From Minisyncoccota bacterium (GTDB lineage: Bacteria > Patescibacteriota > Minisyncoccia > UBA6257 > 02-FULL-45-10c), in NCBI GenBank assembly GCA_036517155.1, contig DATDXY010000009.1:2141-66140 (forward strand): DNA of 64,000 nt, given 5' to 3'. The translations under genes and the position numbers were made by a program. Under the pieces are notes generated by a model. It did not search any database and was not told the DNA's origin. It worked only from the letters and a program-made list of their open reading frames with translations. Below, piece after piece: positions 49,117-58,931 of this stretch. Each line of letters starts with the position of its first letter. Position 1 is the stretch's first letter.

Positions 49117-49662
49117 ATGGATAAGGCTCAGAATTTAGAACTTCTTTTTAATGCAGTCCGGAAAGCGTATCCGAAAAAGACGCTGGTCTTTAACGACGGT
49201 TCGCCGGATAAGGAAATAATGATTATCGGCGAAGCGCCGGGGAAAGATGAAGAAATTCATGGTAAACCGTTTGTCGGCCGGGGCGGGAAGTTGTTGAATG
49301 CGACACTGGAAACCTTGGGTTGGAAACGGGAAGATTTTTACGTCAGCAATATCGTAAAATGGCGGCCGCAGGATGAATTCGGTAAAACCTTAACTCCTAC
49401 TCCGGAATTGATTGAAAATTTCCGTCCGGCAATGGAAAAAGAAATTCAGATTGTAAATCCTAAATTAATCGTTGCGCTCGGAAGAATCGCTATGGCAGGG
49501 TTGCAGATTGACGGCTCAATGGGGCAAAACCACGGCCGAGTTATTGAATCTAAAAGATACAAAGTATTGGTAGTTTATCATCCGGCGGCGATCCTTCGGA
49601 ATATGAACTGGGAACCGATTTTTCGAGAAGATTTGGGAAAAATCAGGGAATTAATAAAATAA
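49117..49662 (+). CDS. uracil-DNA glycosylase, family 4
   Basis: GEAPGKDEE...GKPFVGRGGKLL and HPAAILRN motifs. Confidence 0.85.
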   Translation: MDKAQNLELLFNAVRKAYPKKTLVFNDGSPDKEIMIIGEAPGKDEEIHGKPFVGRGGKLLNATLETLGWKREDFYVSNIVKWRPQDEFGKTLTPTPELIENFRPAMEKEIQIVNPKLIVALGRIAMAGLQIDGSMGQNHGRVIESKRYKVLVVYHPAAILRNMNWEPIFREDLGKIRELIK

Positions 49663-49691
49663 AAAAATCTACGCTTAGGCGTAGATTTTTA
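49661..49691. terminator. bidirectional terminator
   Basis: AAAAAAATCTACGC-ttag-GCGTAGATTTTT. Confidence 0.75.
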
Positions 49692-49696
49692 TTCTG

Positions 49697-49778
49697 TGCC
49701 GCTGGTCGGAGTCGAACCGACATGCCTTTCAGCACACGATTTTGAGTCGTGCGTGTCTGCCAATTCCACCACAGCGGC
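49697..49778 (-). tRNA. tRNA-Leu (anticodon CAA), type II
   Basis: GCCGCTGTGGTGGAATTGGCAGACACGCACGACTCAAAATCGTGTGCTGAAAGGCATGTCGGTTCGACTCCGACCAGCGGCA; long variable arm. Confidence 0.85.
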
Positions 49779-49835
49779 AAGACGACTTAATCTGGTCAAA
49801 ACTGAATTTTTCTATTATAATATTGAAGAACACTT

Positions 49836-50721
49836 TATGCAACCGAATCAGACTTTAGGCCCCATTTTTCATATTGAGGTAGAGAAGATTAAACCCAACC
49901 CCTACCAGCCGCGGCGGGATTTTGACGAAATTGCTTTGCAAGAATTAGCCGGATCTATCCGAGAATTTGGAATTTTACATCCGCTGGTGGTGACCAAAAT
50001 CGAAATTCCCGGCGAGCACGGTACAGACGTGGAATACCAGTTGATTTCCGGAGAACGTCGTTGGCGAGCCGCAAAATTAGCTGGGCTGGAACGGGTACCG
50101 GCGCTAGTTCGGATTGCGCCAACCGATCGTGACCGCTTAGAACTCGCGATTATTGAAAATATTCAGCGGGAAAATTTGAATCCGATTGAAACCGCCCGCG
50201 CCTACGCCAAACTGCAAGATCAATTCGGATTGACTCAACGGGAGGTTGCTGTTCGAGTGGGGAAAAGCCGGGAAGTGGTAGCGAATTCCATTCGGCTTTT
50301 GAACTTGCCGACTCCAATTCAAGACGCAGTTTCTGGAAATAAAATCAATGAAAGCCAGGCAAGGATGTTGTTAATGTTACCGGACATTCGGGAGCAGCAA
50401 GTGATGTTTGACGAGTTAATGCGGGATAATTTAAGTGTTCGCGAGCTCCGAAATCGCATTGCTTCCCGGCGCAGCGTATCGTTAGTGATGTCCGATGTGA
50501 AAACCGCTGATCCGGAAACTTCCAGTATGGAAGAACAACTGCGGGAAGTATTGGGAACAAAAGTGAAACTCCAGAAAGAAGGAGATGGCGGAAAATTAAC
50601 CATTAATTTTTATTCTCAAGAGGAATTGCAAGCGATTATTGAACGATTGACGCAAATAAAAATGGCAACGGAACAAACGCCAATTATTGAAACCGCTCCA
50701 CCCCAAGACTTTACGGTTTGA
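49836..50721 (+). CDS. parB: ParB/Spo0J-family partition protein
   Basis: ParB box GERRWRAAKLAG; HTH; start set at MQPNQ because the upstream part of the track ORF overlaps tRNA-Leu. Confidence 0.8.
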
Positions 50722-50733
50722 TATACTTACAGG

Positions 50734-52143
50734 GTGGAACATAATTTCTGGTTTCAGAATTTAATATATCGGTTGAAAAGCCGATTTTTTATTATCAGCG
50801 GGATTATAATCGTAGGCTTTTCGATAATATCTGCGACAGATGTATTGGGGAAATTAAAAATCTGGGCCGCCGGTGAAATCGGCATGCCCAAAGACAATTT
50901 TCAACTGGCGGCCGTAATTGAATTGGGGAAAACACCCGAATCACAGAATAAACCACAAAATAATTTACTTCCATTGCCCGCGCCGAAAAAAATCGAAACG
51001 AAAATACAGTCAAAAAACGAAGAACAAGCAGCGAGCACGAGTATTGCAGAGCAGCCGCTGATTTCAGAAATAAAAAACTGTTCTTTCGCTACAAATCAAA
51101 ATCCGGCGCATCAACCGGTTATAATGAACGAAATTGCCTGGATGGGTTCTATGTTAAGCGCGAATGACGAATGGATTGAATTAAGGAATATTTCTGATGA
51201 TACGGTATCGCTTCAGGGGTGGCAGCTGAAAGATAAAGGAGAGCAAATTTCCGTTTTATTTGACGCTTCGTTCAGTATTGAGCCGCGGGGATTTATGCTC
51301 TTGGAACGTACCGACGACAACAGCGTGCCAGCCATTGCCGCTGATACCATATATGTCGGCGCGCTTTCCAATTCTAACGAGGGGATACGTTTATTTGATC
51401 CAGAATGCCATTTAATTGATGAAGTGATTGCGTTGCCAGATTGGCCGGCAGGCAATCCCGGGGAGCGCAGGACCATGGAACGGCATATGAGTTTTAGTTG
51501 GTACACTTATACCGGAAATGGCGTAAATGGAATTAATGGAACGCCACTGGCGGAAAATAGCGTTCCATTAATTTCAACATCTTCTAACCCGATTCCTTTT
51601 TCTCAGACTGATCCTGCTGAAACTGCCAATGCCGTTTCAACAAGTACTGCGGAAATTTCTCCAGCGAGTTCAATTGCAACCCTAATGATTACGGAAGTTC
51701 AAGTCAGCGGAGTAACTATTAACGACGAATTTATTGAATTATATAATCCCACCGATATAGTTGTTGCTTTGACTGATTGGTCGCTTAAAAGAAAAAGTTC
51801 CAGCGGCACGGAATACAGTTTAGTTCCGAAAAGTCGATTAGAAGGAAAATCCATCGCTCCGCAGAGTCATTTTTTACTCGCGAATGAGGAGGGATATGCT
51901 GGAGCGGTTACAGCGGATGTCCAGTGGGCGAAATCTAATACGATTGCCAATAACAATACGGTTATATTGTATGGTCCTGACGGCGGGGTGATAGATAAAG
52001 TTGGTTTTGGCGAAGCGCAAGATTTTGAAGGAACGGCTGCCCAGAATCCGGAATCGGGGCAATCTTTAACTCGGCAAAACAACATTGATTCCAACGACAA
52101 TGGAAAAGATTTTATAGGAAACATTCCTACGCCAAAAAGTTAA
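50734..52143 (+). CDS. secreted protein with two lamin-tail-domain (LTD) repeats
   Basis: N-terminal TM; two copies of ...NE(I/F)..........EWIELxNxSDxxVSLxGWxL pattern. Confidence 0.65.
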   Translation: MEHNFWFQNLIYRLKSRFFIISGIIIVGFSIISATDVLGKLKIWAAGEIGMPKDNFQLAAVIELGKTPESQNKPQNNLLPLPAPKKIETKIQSKNEEQAASTSIAEQPLISEIKNCSFATNQNPAHQPVIMNEIAWMGSMLSANDEWIELRNISDDTVSLQGWQLKDKGEQISVLFDASFSIEPRGFMLLERTDDNSVPAIAADTIYVGALSNSNEGIRLFDPECHLIDEVIALPDWPAGNPGERRTMERHMSFSWYTYTGNGVNGINGTPLAENSVPLISTSSNPIPFSQTDPAETANAVSTSTAEISPASSIATLMITEVQVSGVTINDEFIELYNPTDIVVALTDWSLKRKSSSGTEYSLVPKSRLEGKSIAPQSHFLLANEEGYAGAVTADVQWAKSNTIANNNTVILYGPDGGVIDKVGFGEAQDFEGTAAQNPESGQSLTRQNNIDSNDNGKDFIGNIPTPKS

Positions 52144-53840
52144 ATAAATTGATATACAATACTTTTAACTTCTTTTAATTTTTTGAGTTTAGCGATCAAT
52201 TTTTCCACCTTATCTTTTTGAGTTAAATCGCAGTTGATTTTAATAATTGGCAATTTTTGATTGGCATGAGCAAGGGTAGAGATATTGGTAATATTTACAT
52301 GAGAGCGTGAAAAAATCCCAGTTAAATCTTTTATTAGGCCCAGGCGATCCATGACTAGAATCTTTATTTCCGTTCCTGTTGGTCCAGTCTGAGCAAGTCG
52401 CGCGGTTTTTCCCTTAAGAGCAGCTCGGATATGGTTTCGAGCGTGAGAGGTTTTTACGAATTCCAGCCAATCTTCCGACGGCTTTTTTCCTTTTTGAATT
52501 ACAATTTCCACTACATCTCCAGAGCGCAATTGCGTATGGAGTGGCATTAATTTACCGTTTATTTTTGCTCCGGAACATTGATCGCCGACATTGCTATGAA
52601 TATGATAGGCAAAATCAATCGGGGTGGCGTTAGCGGGCAGATCAATGACTTCGCCCCGGGGAGTAATGACAAAAATCCTATCTCGAAAGAAATCAATTTT
52701 CAGGGATTCCAAAAATTCTTCCGGGCTAGCGAAATGTTGTTGCCATTGTTTTAATTGTTCTACCCAAGTTAATTCTTTTTGATCGCCGATTACTACTCGC
52801 CGTTCTCGGTACGCTTTATCGCCCTTGTGTTGCTCATAAAGCCAATGGGCGGCAATACCGTTCTCCGATTCTTGATGCATTAATTCGGTGCGGATTTGAA
52901 TTTCCGTAATCCGCTGGTCAATGCAAAAGACTGTCGTATGTAGGCTACGATATCGGTTTGGTTTTGGCAGGGCGATATAGTCTTTAATCCGGCCTGGCAG
53001 CGGCGGCCATAAATTATGAATAATGCCTAGGGTTGCATAACAATCCTCAATGCCTTCAACGATAATTCGAAGCGCCACCAAATCATAAATCTTATCCACA
53101 TCCATATCATAGCGAAGCAATTTTTTATACAAACTGGAATACCGTTTGGCGCGAGATTCTACGCGGATAATTTTCACATTAGCTTTTTTCAACGCTTCGA
53201 TAATAATCGGTTTGGCGCGTTCTAAATATTTTTCCCGCTCTTCGTATTTTTCCGCAATATGGTTTTCTAGCCAGCGATATTCCCTGGGATAAATAAAGGG
53301 AAAGGCTAAATCTTCCAGCTCGCCGCTAACTTTTTGCATACCCAATCGATAGGCAAGCGGCGCATAGATTTCCGAAGTTTCTAAAGCAATGCGTTTTTGT
53401 TTTTGCGGCGGCAGGGCATACAAAGTTTCCATATTATGCAGTCGGTCTGCCAATTTGATAATAATGACTCGGATATCCTGGCTCAATGCCAAAATCATTT
53501 TTCGCAAATTTTCCACTTGTCGTTCCACGCCGCGATATTTGATTTTACCCAGCTTAGTCAGGCCTTCAACAAGAAAAGCGACATCTTGATTAAATTCTTG
53601 GCGGATTTTTTCTAGAGGATAACTAGTGTCTTCAACGATATCGTGCAAAAGCGCGGCGATAATGCTGTCTTGGTCTAAACCCCAGCGGGCAATATATTCC
53701 GCCGCAGTTGCGACATGAAAAAAATAAGGCTCACCGCTTTTACGTTTTTGTCCCTGGTGACATTTTTGCGCCAGTTCATACGCCCGTTGCACGAGCGGAT
53801 TATTTTTCCGGAGTTGGTCCAGTTGAGGAGTTTTTGGCAT
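52140..53840 (-). CDS. rel: bifunctional (p)ppGpp synthetase/hydrolase Rel/SpoT
   Basis: HD hydrolase (LHDIVEDT), synthetase (YRSLHTTV), TGS and ACT regions; start placed at MPKTPQL (track ORF starts at 53882); overlaps topA 3' end by ~40 nt. Confidence 0.9.
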   Translation of the reverse strand: MPKTPQLDQLRKNNPLVQRAYELAQKCHQGQKRKSGEPYFFHVATAAEYIARWGLDQDSIIAALLHDIVEDTSYPLEKIRQEFNQDVAFLVEGLTKLGKIKYRGVERQVENLRKMILALSQDIRVIIIKLADRLHNMETLYALPPQKQKRIALETSEIYAPLAYRLGMQKVSGELEDLAFPFIYPREYRWLENHIAEKYEEREKYLERAKPIIIEALKKANVKIIRVESRAKRYSSLYKKLLRYDMDVDKIYDLVALRIIVEGIEDCYATLGIIHNLWPPLPGRIKDYIALPKPNRYRSLHTTVFCIDQRITEIQIRTELMHQESENGIAAHWLYEQHKGDKAYRERRVVIGDQKELTWVEQLKQWQQHFASPEEFLESLKIDFFRDRIFVITPRGEVIDLPANATPIDFAYHIHSNVGDQCSGAKINGKLMPLHTQLRSGDVVEIVIQKGKKPSEDWLEFVKTSHARNHIRAALKGKTARLAQTGPTGTEIKILVMDRLGLIKDLTGIFSRSHVNITNISTLAHANQKLPIIKINCDLTQKDKVEKLIAKLKKLKEVKSIVYQFI

Positions 53841-55821
53841 CGGTTGGCGGTAATGTAGGATTAGTCCACGACGCATAATCACATTTCGGATAACGCGAAC
53901 AACCCCAGAAAGATTTACCTCGCGCGCGGCCGCGAGAAACGCGGCGTTCGATTACGTCTCCCTCGGCGCATTTCGGACAATGCATGCCAGTTGGTTTCGG
54001 CGATTCCTTTGGGGCCAGCGATTTAGTATTCCGGCATTCTGGGAAACCAGTGCAAGCCAGGAATTTTCCAAAACGGCTCATTTTTACTGCCATTGGTTTG
54101 CCGCATTTTTCGCAAAGAATATTAGTAATTTCCACTGGCGGTTTGGCTTTAATAACTTCCGCGGTCTTTTGCAACAAATTTTTTTCAAAGGGAACATAGA
54201 ATTGTTTAATTACGTCTTGCCAACGCTCCTTATGTTCGGCGATATTATCCAAACTTTCTTCCATTTTGGCGGTAAAGTCTATGTCTACCACTTCCGGAAA
54301 ATTTTCAATTAAAACTTTATTGACGAGGCGTCCCATATCCGTCGGATACAGCCGGGCCTCGCGTTTTTCTACATAATTTCGTTCTTGAATGATGGAAATC
54401 GTTGGCGCGTAGGTTGAGGGTCGGCCAATGCCGAATTCTTCCAGGGTTTTAATCAGGCTGGCTTCATTAAATCTGGGTGGCGGTTCAGTGAAGTGTTGTG
54501 ATGGTTTCAGCTCGATCAAAGATAATATTTCATTTTCCGATAATTGTGGCAAAGTTTTTTCTTGGAATTTTTGTTCCCAGATTTTTAGAAAACCATCAAA
54601 TACCAAGATATTGCCGCTGGCGCGGAAAGTATATTGGGCAGCGCGAATATCCACTTGGGTAGTATTAAAAATTGCTTGCGGCATTTGGGAAGCAACAAAA
54701 CGTTGCCAAATCAATCCGTAAAGTACTTTCTCGCCTTTTTCGCTAATAGGAGTGTTGTCGGGCGTGTGAGTGATATTAGTTGGGCGAATCGCTTCGTGCG
54801 CTTCTTGGGCCAATCGGGACTTGCTTTTGAATGCGCGCGGCGCTTGGCTGGCATAACGTTCGCCGAGATTGGCAGTAAGCCAAGATTTTGCCGTTGTTAG
54901 CGCTTCTTGGGAAAGATTAACCGAATCGGTGCGCATATAAGTAATCAAGCCCTGCTCATAAAGGCGCTGCGCCATTAACATAGTTTTTTTAGCGGAAAAA
55001 CCTAGGCGTTTTGCGGCTTCTTGTTGCAAGGTGCTGGTAATAAACGGCGGCAATGGATTTTTATTTACCTCTTTGGTTTCCCGGTGAATAATTTGGAATT
55101 CCGATTTTCCTATAGTTTTGACGATTTCCTCCACCATTACCTGATTTTTTAAATCCAGTTGGTCTAATGTAGTGTCATTGATTTTTACTAATCGCGCTTC
55201 AATTGATTGAGGATCGCCGGATTGCTTTTTGAGCAATGCTTCCAGTTGCCAATATTCAGTAGGAACAAATTTTTCAATTTCTTCCTCTCGTTCTACGATT
55301 AATCGGAGCGCGACAGATTGCACCCGTCCCGCCGAAAGACCCTTAGCAATTTTTTGCCAAAGAAAAGGAGAAAGTTTATAACCCACCAAACGATCCAAAA
55401 TACGCCGTCCCTGTTGGGCGTCAACTAAATCTTGGTCAATTTTTCGAGGAGAATGCAGCGCGTGTTCTAGCGCGGTTTTAGTAATTTCGTGGAATACGAT
55501 TCGTTTTACATCTTCTTTTTCCGGATGCAAATTTAGCGCCTGAGCCAGATGCCAGGCAATCGCTTCGCCTTCCCTGTCTTCATCAGTCGCGAGAATAACT
55601 TCTTTGGCTTTTTTTGCCAACTTTTTCAAGTTATTAACGGTCTTGGTGGTTTTTCTCGGGATAACGTATTGCGGCTGGAAATCATGCTCCACATCAACGC
55701 CTAGTTTGCTTCTTGGTAGATCACGCACGTGGCCATAAGACGATTCCACTCGGTAATCACCTTTGAAAAATTGAGCAATCGTTTTTGCTTTGGTAGGACT
55801 TTCTACAATAATAAGTTTCAT
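53800..55821 (-). CDS. topA: DNA topoisomerase I
   Basis: Toprim TDEDREGEAIAWH, catalytic Tyr region, C-terminal Zn ribbons (CxxC...CxxC). Confidence 0.95.
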   Translation of the reverse strand: MKLIIVESPTKAKTIAQFFKGDYRVESSYGHVRDLPRSKLGVDVEHDFQPQYVIPRKTTKTVNNLKKLAKKAKEVILATDEDREGEAIAWHLAQALNLHPEKEDVKRIVFHEITKTALEHALHSPRKIDQDLVDAQQGRRILDRLVGYKLSPFLWQKIAKGLSAGRVQSVALRLIVEREEEIEKFVPTEYWQLEALLKKQSGDPQSIEARLVKINDTTLDQLDLKNQVMVEEIVKTIGKSEFQIIHRETKEVNKNPLPPFITSTLQQEAAKRLGFSAKKTMLMAQRLYEQGLITYMRTDSVNLSQEALTTAKSWLTANLGERYASQAPRAFKSKSRLAQEAHEAIRPTNITHTPDNTPISEKGEKVLYGLIWQRFVASQMPQAIFNTTQVDIRAAQYTFRASGNILVFDGFLKIWEQKFQEKTLPQLSENEILSLIELKPSQHFTEPPPRFNEASLIKTLEEFGIGRPSTYAPTISIIQERNYVEKREARLYPTDMGRLVNKVLIENFPEVVDIDFTAKMEESLDNIAEHKERWQDVIKQFYVPFEKNLLQKTAEVIKAKPPVEITNILCEKCGKPMAVKMSRFGKFLACTGFPECRNTKSLAPKESPKPTGMHCPKCAEGDVIERRVSRGRARGKSFWGCSRYPKCDYASWTNPTLPPTDAKNSSTGPTPEK

Positions 55822-56843
55822 AATAATTCTGGCAGTTGGCCGTTTAAGGTTAAAAAGGTAATGATGCGATTTACCTTCGGTATTTCGATTTTAGAGATTT
55901 GCCCAATTTTGTCAATTGAGCAGGGCCAACCAAGTTCCTTTATAATATCTAACACAATTTGTTCTTCTGCGTGAGGGTGAGATGAGGAAAATGGCAAAGA
56001 AGGAGTTTTTTTGAGATCAATATTGAGATCTTCTAATATGTCTTTTGCGGATGTGATTAAACGAGCGCCGGCGCGGATTAATTGGTGAGAACCGCGATAG
56101 TTCGGATGCTGGATTGGTCCAGGGACAATAAATACTTCTCGATTTTGTTCCAAGGCGTGCTGGGCAGTGACGAGCGACCCGGAATGTTCCGGCGCTTCAA
56201 TTACTATTGTTGCTCGCGAAAGACCGCTCACGATACGATTCCGTTGCAAAAAATGATGAGGAAGAGAAGCGGTTCCCGGAGGATATTCGGAAATCAGTCC
56301 GCCTTGATGTTCTAGTATTTGCTGGGCTAGTGCAATGTGTTGGCGCGGATATACCCGGTCTAAGCCAGTCGCCAGAACGGCATAAGTGTGTCCGGATGCT
56401 TCTAATGCGCCGAAATGCGCCGCCTGATCAATCCCCAGGGCAAGGCCACTGATAATTGGAATACGATATTGGGAAAGATCTCGGGCCAACGCCGTTGCTG
56501 CTGTTTTTCCCGCTAAGGTCGCTTTTCTAGTGCCGACAATTGCTATGCTGGCTTCTTGGGGTAGGCTCTGACCGGGCAGGCTACCTTTTATATATATGCC
56601 AAGGGGTGGATAGGAGATTTCTTTCAGTAAAGCCGGATAAGACGCATCGTCTTGGAGATAAAGTTGAATCCCTTCGGATTCTAATTGCCCCCAAAGCTTT
56701 TCTGGATTGCAGGAAGAATATTGTTGGGATTCGTGTTGCCAAGCGCGATACCATGTCTGATGAGCGATTTTTAGTCGCTGTAGTTTTGCATAGTTGGATT
56801 GCAATACGCAATTTAAGGCATGATAACTTTGCTGTTCGGTCAT
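55818..56843 (-). CDS. dprA: DNA processing protein DprA (Smf)
   Basis: Rossmann-like DprA core (VGTRKATLAGKTAA...SGLALGIDQAAH). Confidence 0.85.
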   Translation of the reverse strand: MTEQQSYHALNCVLQSNYAKLQRLKIAHQTWYRAWQHESQQYSSCNPEKLWGQLESEGIQLYLQDDASYPALLKEISYPPLGIYIKGSLPGQSLPQEASIAIVGTRKATLAGKTAATALARDLSQYRIPIISGLALGIDQAAHFGALEASGHTYAVLATGLDRVYPRQHIALAQQILEHQGGLISEYPPGTASLPHHFLQRNRIVSGLSRATIVIEAPEHSGSLVTAQHALEQNREVFIVPGPIQHPNYRGSHQLIRAGARLITSAKDILEDLNIDLKKTPSLPFSSSHPHAEEQIVLDIIKELGWPCSIDKIGQISKIEIPKVNRIITFLTLNGQLPELL

Positions 56844-56901
56844 GGATTAAATTTAAAATTATTATTCAGACAGATTTCAGTATAAAGCAAATTATGTTAA
56901 A

Positions 56902-57441
56902 ATGCTGTACGGGGGTATGAATAATTTTAAAGAATGGCTTTTAAAAAATCTGGGTATTGGCATTGGAGTGATAGTGCTTTTAGGCGGGATATTATTTTTT
57001 TTAAGAGTAGATTTAGTAAGCCGAGTGCGAGCTATTGAAAGCGCTCGGCAAATGCTAGTATCCCAAAAAGCGGCTATAGAGTCGCGCGGCTTATTAAAAA
57101 GCGATCTGGAAAAATCCGGACCGTATTATAATTTAATTAATAATGTGCTGCCGATTAAAGACGAATTGGTGAATGTTCCGGGTGATTTGGACGCCATCGC
57201 TCGCGCCCATCGGGTAAGTTTTGGAATTAACTTGGGAGCGGAAACCGCGCCGACTATTGCCAGCCCGGGACATATTCAATTTAAAATGACTGCGACTGGT
57301 TCTTATCAAGACGTCATTCGTTTTTTGGATAGCGTAAAAGCGAGTCGTTATCTTGTGAAATATCTAGATATACATGTGACGCAAAAGGGAAATGTCTTTG
57401 AAGAAAGCGTTAATGGCCAAATTTTTTATCAAGTAAAATAA
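56902..57441 (+). CDS. PilO-like type IV pilus assembly membrane protein (tentative)
   Basis: TM + coiled-coil + C-terminal ferredoxin-like region (GSYQDVIRFLDSVKASRYLVKYLDIHVT). Confidence 0.4.
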   Translation: MLYGGMNNFKEWLLKNLGIGIGVIVLLGGILFFLRVDLVSRVRAIESARQMLVSQKAAIESRGLLKSDLEKSGPYYNLINNVLPIKDELVNVPGDLDAIARAHRVSFGINLGAETAPTIASPGHIQFKMTATGSYQDVIRFLDSVKASRYLVKYLDIHVTQKGNVFEESVNGQIFYQVK

Positions 57442-57455
57442 CTTTAATAGTTGCT

Positions 57456-57656
57456 ATGAAAATCCATCTTCGCAATAAAAGGGAATTGACATTTTTGGCA
57501 ATTGGAATTTTAATGTTGTTTATACTAGTTACCTTAGCTATTTTCTCCATTAGTTTCGCGGTAGATCAATTGCGGGCTGGTTTACGCTCAGAAGTAATTA
57601 CCGAGTCGGCCGTTCGATTTGAGTTTTATAAGACCGAAGAACTTAGGAAAAGATAA
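57456..57656 (+). CDS. small single-TM hypothetical protein
   Basis: 66 aa, weak RBS. Confidence 0.25.
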   Translation: MKIHLRNKRELTFLAIGILMLFILVTLAIFSISFAVDQLRAGLRSEVITESAVRFEFYKTEELRKR

Positions 57657-57679
57657 GCAAGCATTAATGGGTATTGTAT

Positions 57680-57754
57680 GCGTGTATAGCTCAGTGGTAG
57701 AGCACTTCACTGATAATGAAGAGGCCGAAGGTTCGATCCCTTCTACACGCACCA
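57680..57754 (+). tRNA. tRNA-Ile (anticodon GAU), CCA encoded
   Basis: GCGTGTATAGCTCAGTGGTAGAGCACTTCACTGATAATGAAGAGGCCGAAGGTTCGATCCCTTCTACACGCACCA. Confidence 0.9.
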
Positions 57755-57757
57755 GAG

Positions 57758-57829
57758 GCGCGCATAGCTCAGTGGTAGAGCGTCACATTGACATTGTGAA
57801 GGCCCCAAGTCCGATCCTTGGTGCGCGCA
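57758..57829 (+). tRNA. tRNA-Val (anticodon GAC)
   Basis: GCGCGCATAGCTCAGTGGTAGAGCGTCACATTGACATTGTGAAGGCCCCAAGTCCGATCCTTGGTGCGCGCA. Confidence 0.85.
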
Positions 57830-57838
57830 CAGGAAAGT

Positions 57839-58405
57839 ATGAATAATAACGAACTCAAGGACGAAGAAATTTTATTACTGGCCCAAGAGGACCCGACTTA
57901 TTTTTCTATTCTTGTAGATAAATATAAGGAGCCGTTTTTGCGTATGGCGCGGGGGATTACCCATAGTTTAGAAGAAGCGGAAGATATTGTGCAGGACACT
58001 TTTATTCGGATTTATCGTCATGCCAGCCGATTCGAAAAACAAGAAGGTATTCAATTCAAAAGCTGGGCATACAAGGTATTGATGAATACCGCATTTACTC
58101 ATTATCAAAAACTCAAAAAGACTAAAGGAAACGTAGAGTACTTAGACCCAGTTCTATATGATGACAATCCGAATCTGGCCTCCAGCGGCATAGATAAGGT
58201 GATGCAGAGCGATGCCAAAGCGACGATTGATAAAGTGCTGGTGAGGATGCCGGAACATTTAGCCAAACCATTGCGCATTTACTATTTTGAAGATAAGTCT
58301 TATGAAGATATTGCCCGATTAGAAAAAATTTCTATTTCCACATTAAAAATGAGAATGTTCCGAGCCAAACGATTGTTTAAGAAATTAATGGAAGAAGATT
58401 TATAA
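57839..58405 (+). CDS. RNA polymerase sigma-70 family factor (ECF-type)
   Basis: Region 2 (EDIVQDTFIRIYR) and region 4 HTH (SYEDIARLEKISISTLKMRMFRAKRLF); start moved to MNNNE (RBS AGGAAAG), as the track ORF start overlaps tRNA-Val. Confidence 0.8.
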   Translation: MNNNELKDEEILLLAQEDPTYFSILVDKYKEPFLRMARGITHSLEEAEDIVQDTFIRIYRHASRFEKQEGIQFKSWAYKVLMNTAFTHYQKLKKTKGNVEYLDPVLYDDNPNLASSGIDKVMQSDAKATIDKVLVRMPEHLAKPLRIYYFEDKSYEDIARLEKISISTLKMRMFRAKRLFKKLMEEDL

Positions 58406-58407
58406 AT

Positions 58408-58761
58408 ATGAAACCAATGGAATTACTTAAAAATCGAATCTTATGGAAAGTCTACGCAGTCTGGTTTTTTGCTAAGATTCTGCCAATTTTATTATTTGAA
58501 TTAATCGTCATCGTAGGAGCGCTGTACATATTTGGAAAATTTGTATTTGTGGAACGAGTGGTTGGTAATACCCTGCTGATTGCTTCCGAACATCCTTTGG
58601 CATTGTTCAATTTTTTGGTCTTCGCATTTATGAAAACTAGCTGGATTATTAAAGGAGTGACCTTGATTGGCCTGAGTATTGGAGCGTTAATCCTTCGGGA
58701 TATTGGCAGGGTATTAGTGTCCTATCGAATGACTTCCCGACTCGCGAAACCAAAAGAATAG
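58408..58761 (+). CDS. membrane protein, candidate anti-sigma factor partner
   Basis: 117 aa, 3 TM helices, 3-nt gap after sigma factor gene. Confidence 0.35.
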   Translation: MKPMELLKNRILWKVYAVWFFAKILPILLFELIVIVGALYIFGKFVFVERVVGNTLLIASEHPLALFNFLVFAFMKTSWIIKGVTLIGLSIGALILRDIGRVLVSYRMTSRLAKPKE

Positions 58762-58931
58762 AGGCCCAGTTATATGAGATGACCGTGAGATTTTGGAGTG
58801 TGTTGATTATTCTTCGACCGATAATCTCCCTCATAAATACTCTTAAGTCTCATTCTATTAAAAGGCCTCATCCCATAGGGGCTTTTTAATTTCCCTTTAT
58901 ACTTTTAACTTTTGAATTTAAACTGTGAAAT

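Noticed and set aside
49696-49835. Upstream 47 codons of the ParB track ORF
   Set aside because: They overlap tRNA-Leu(CAA) on the opposite strand and its terminator; the start was moved to Met at 49836, which is preceded by a TATAAT box.
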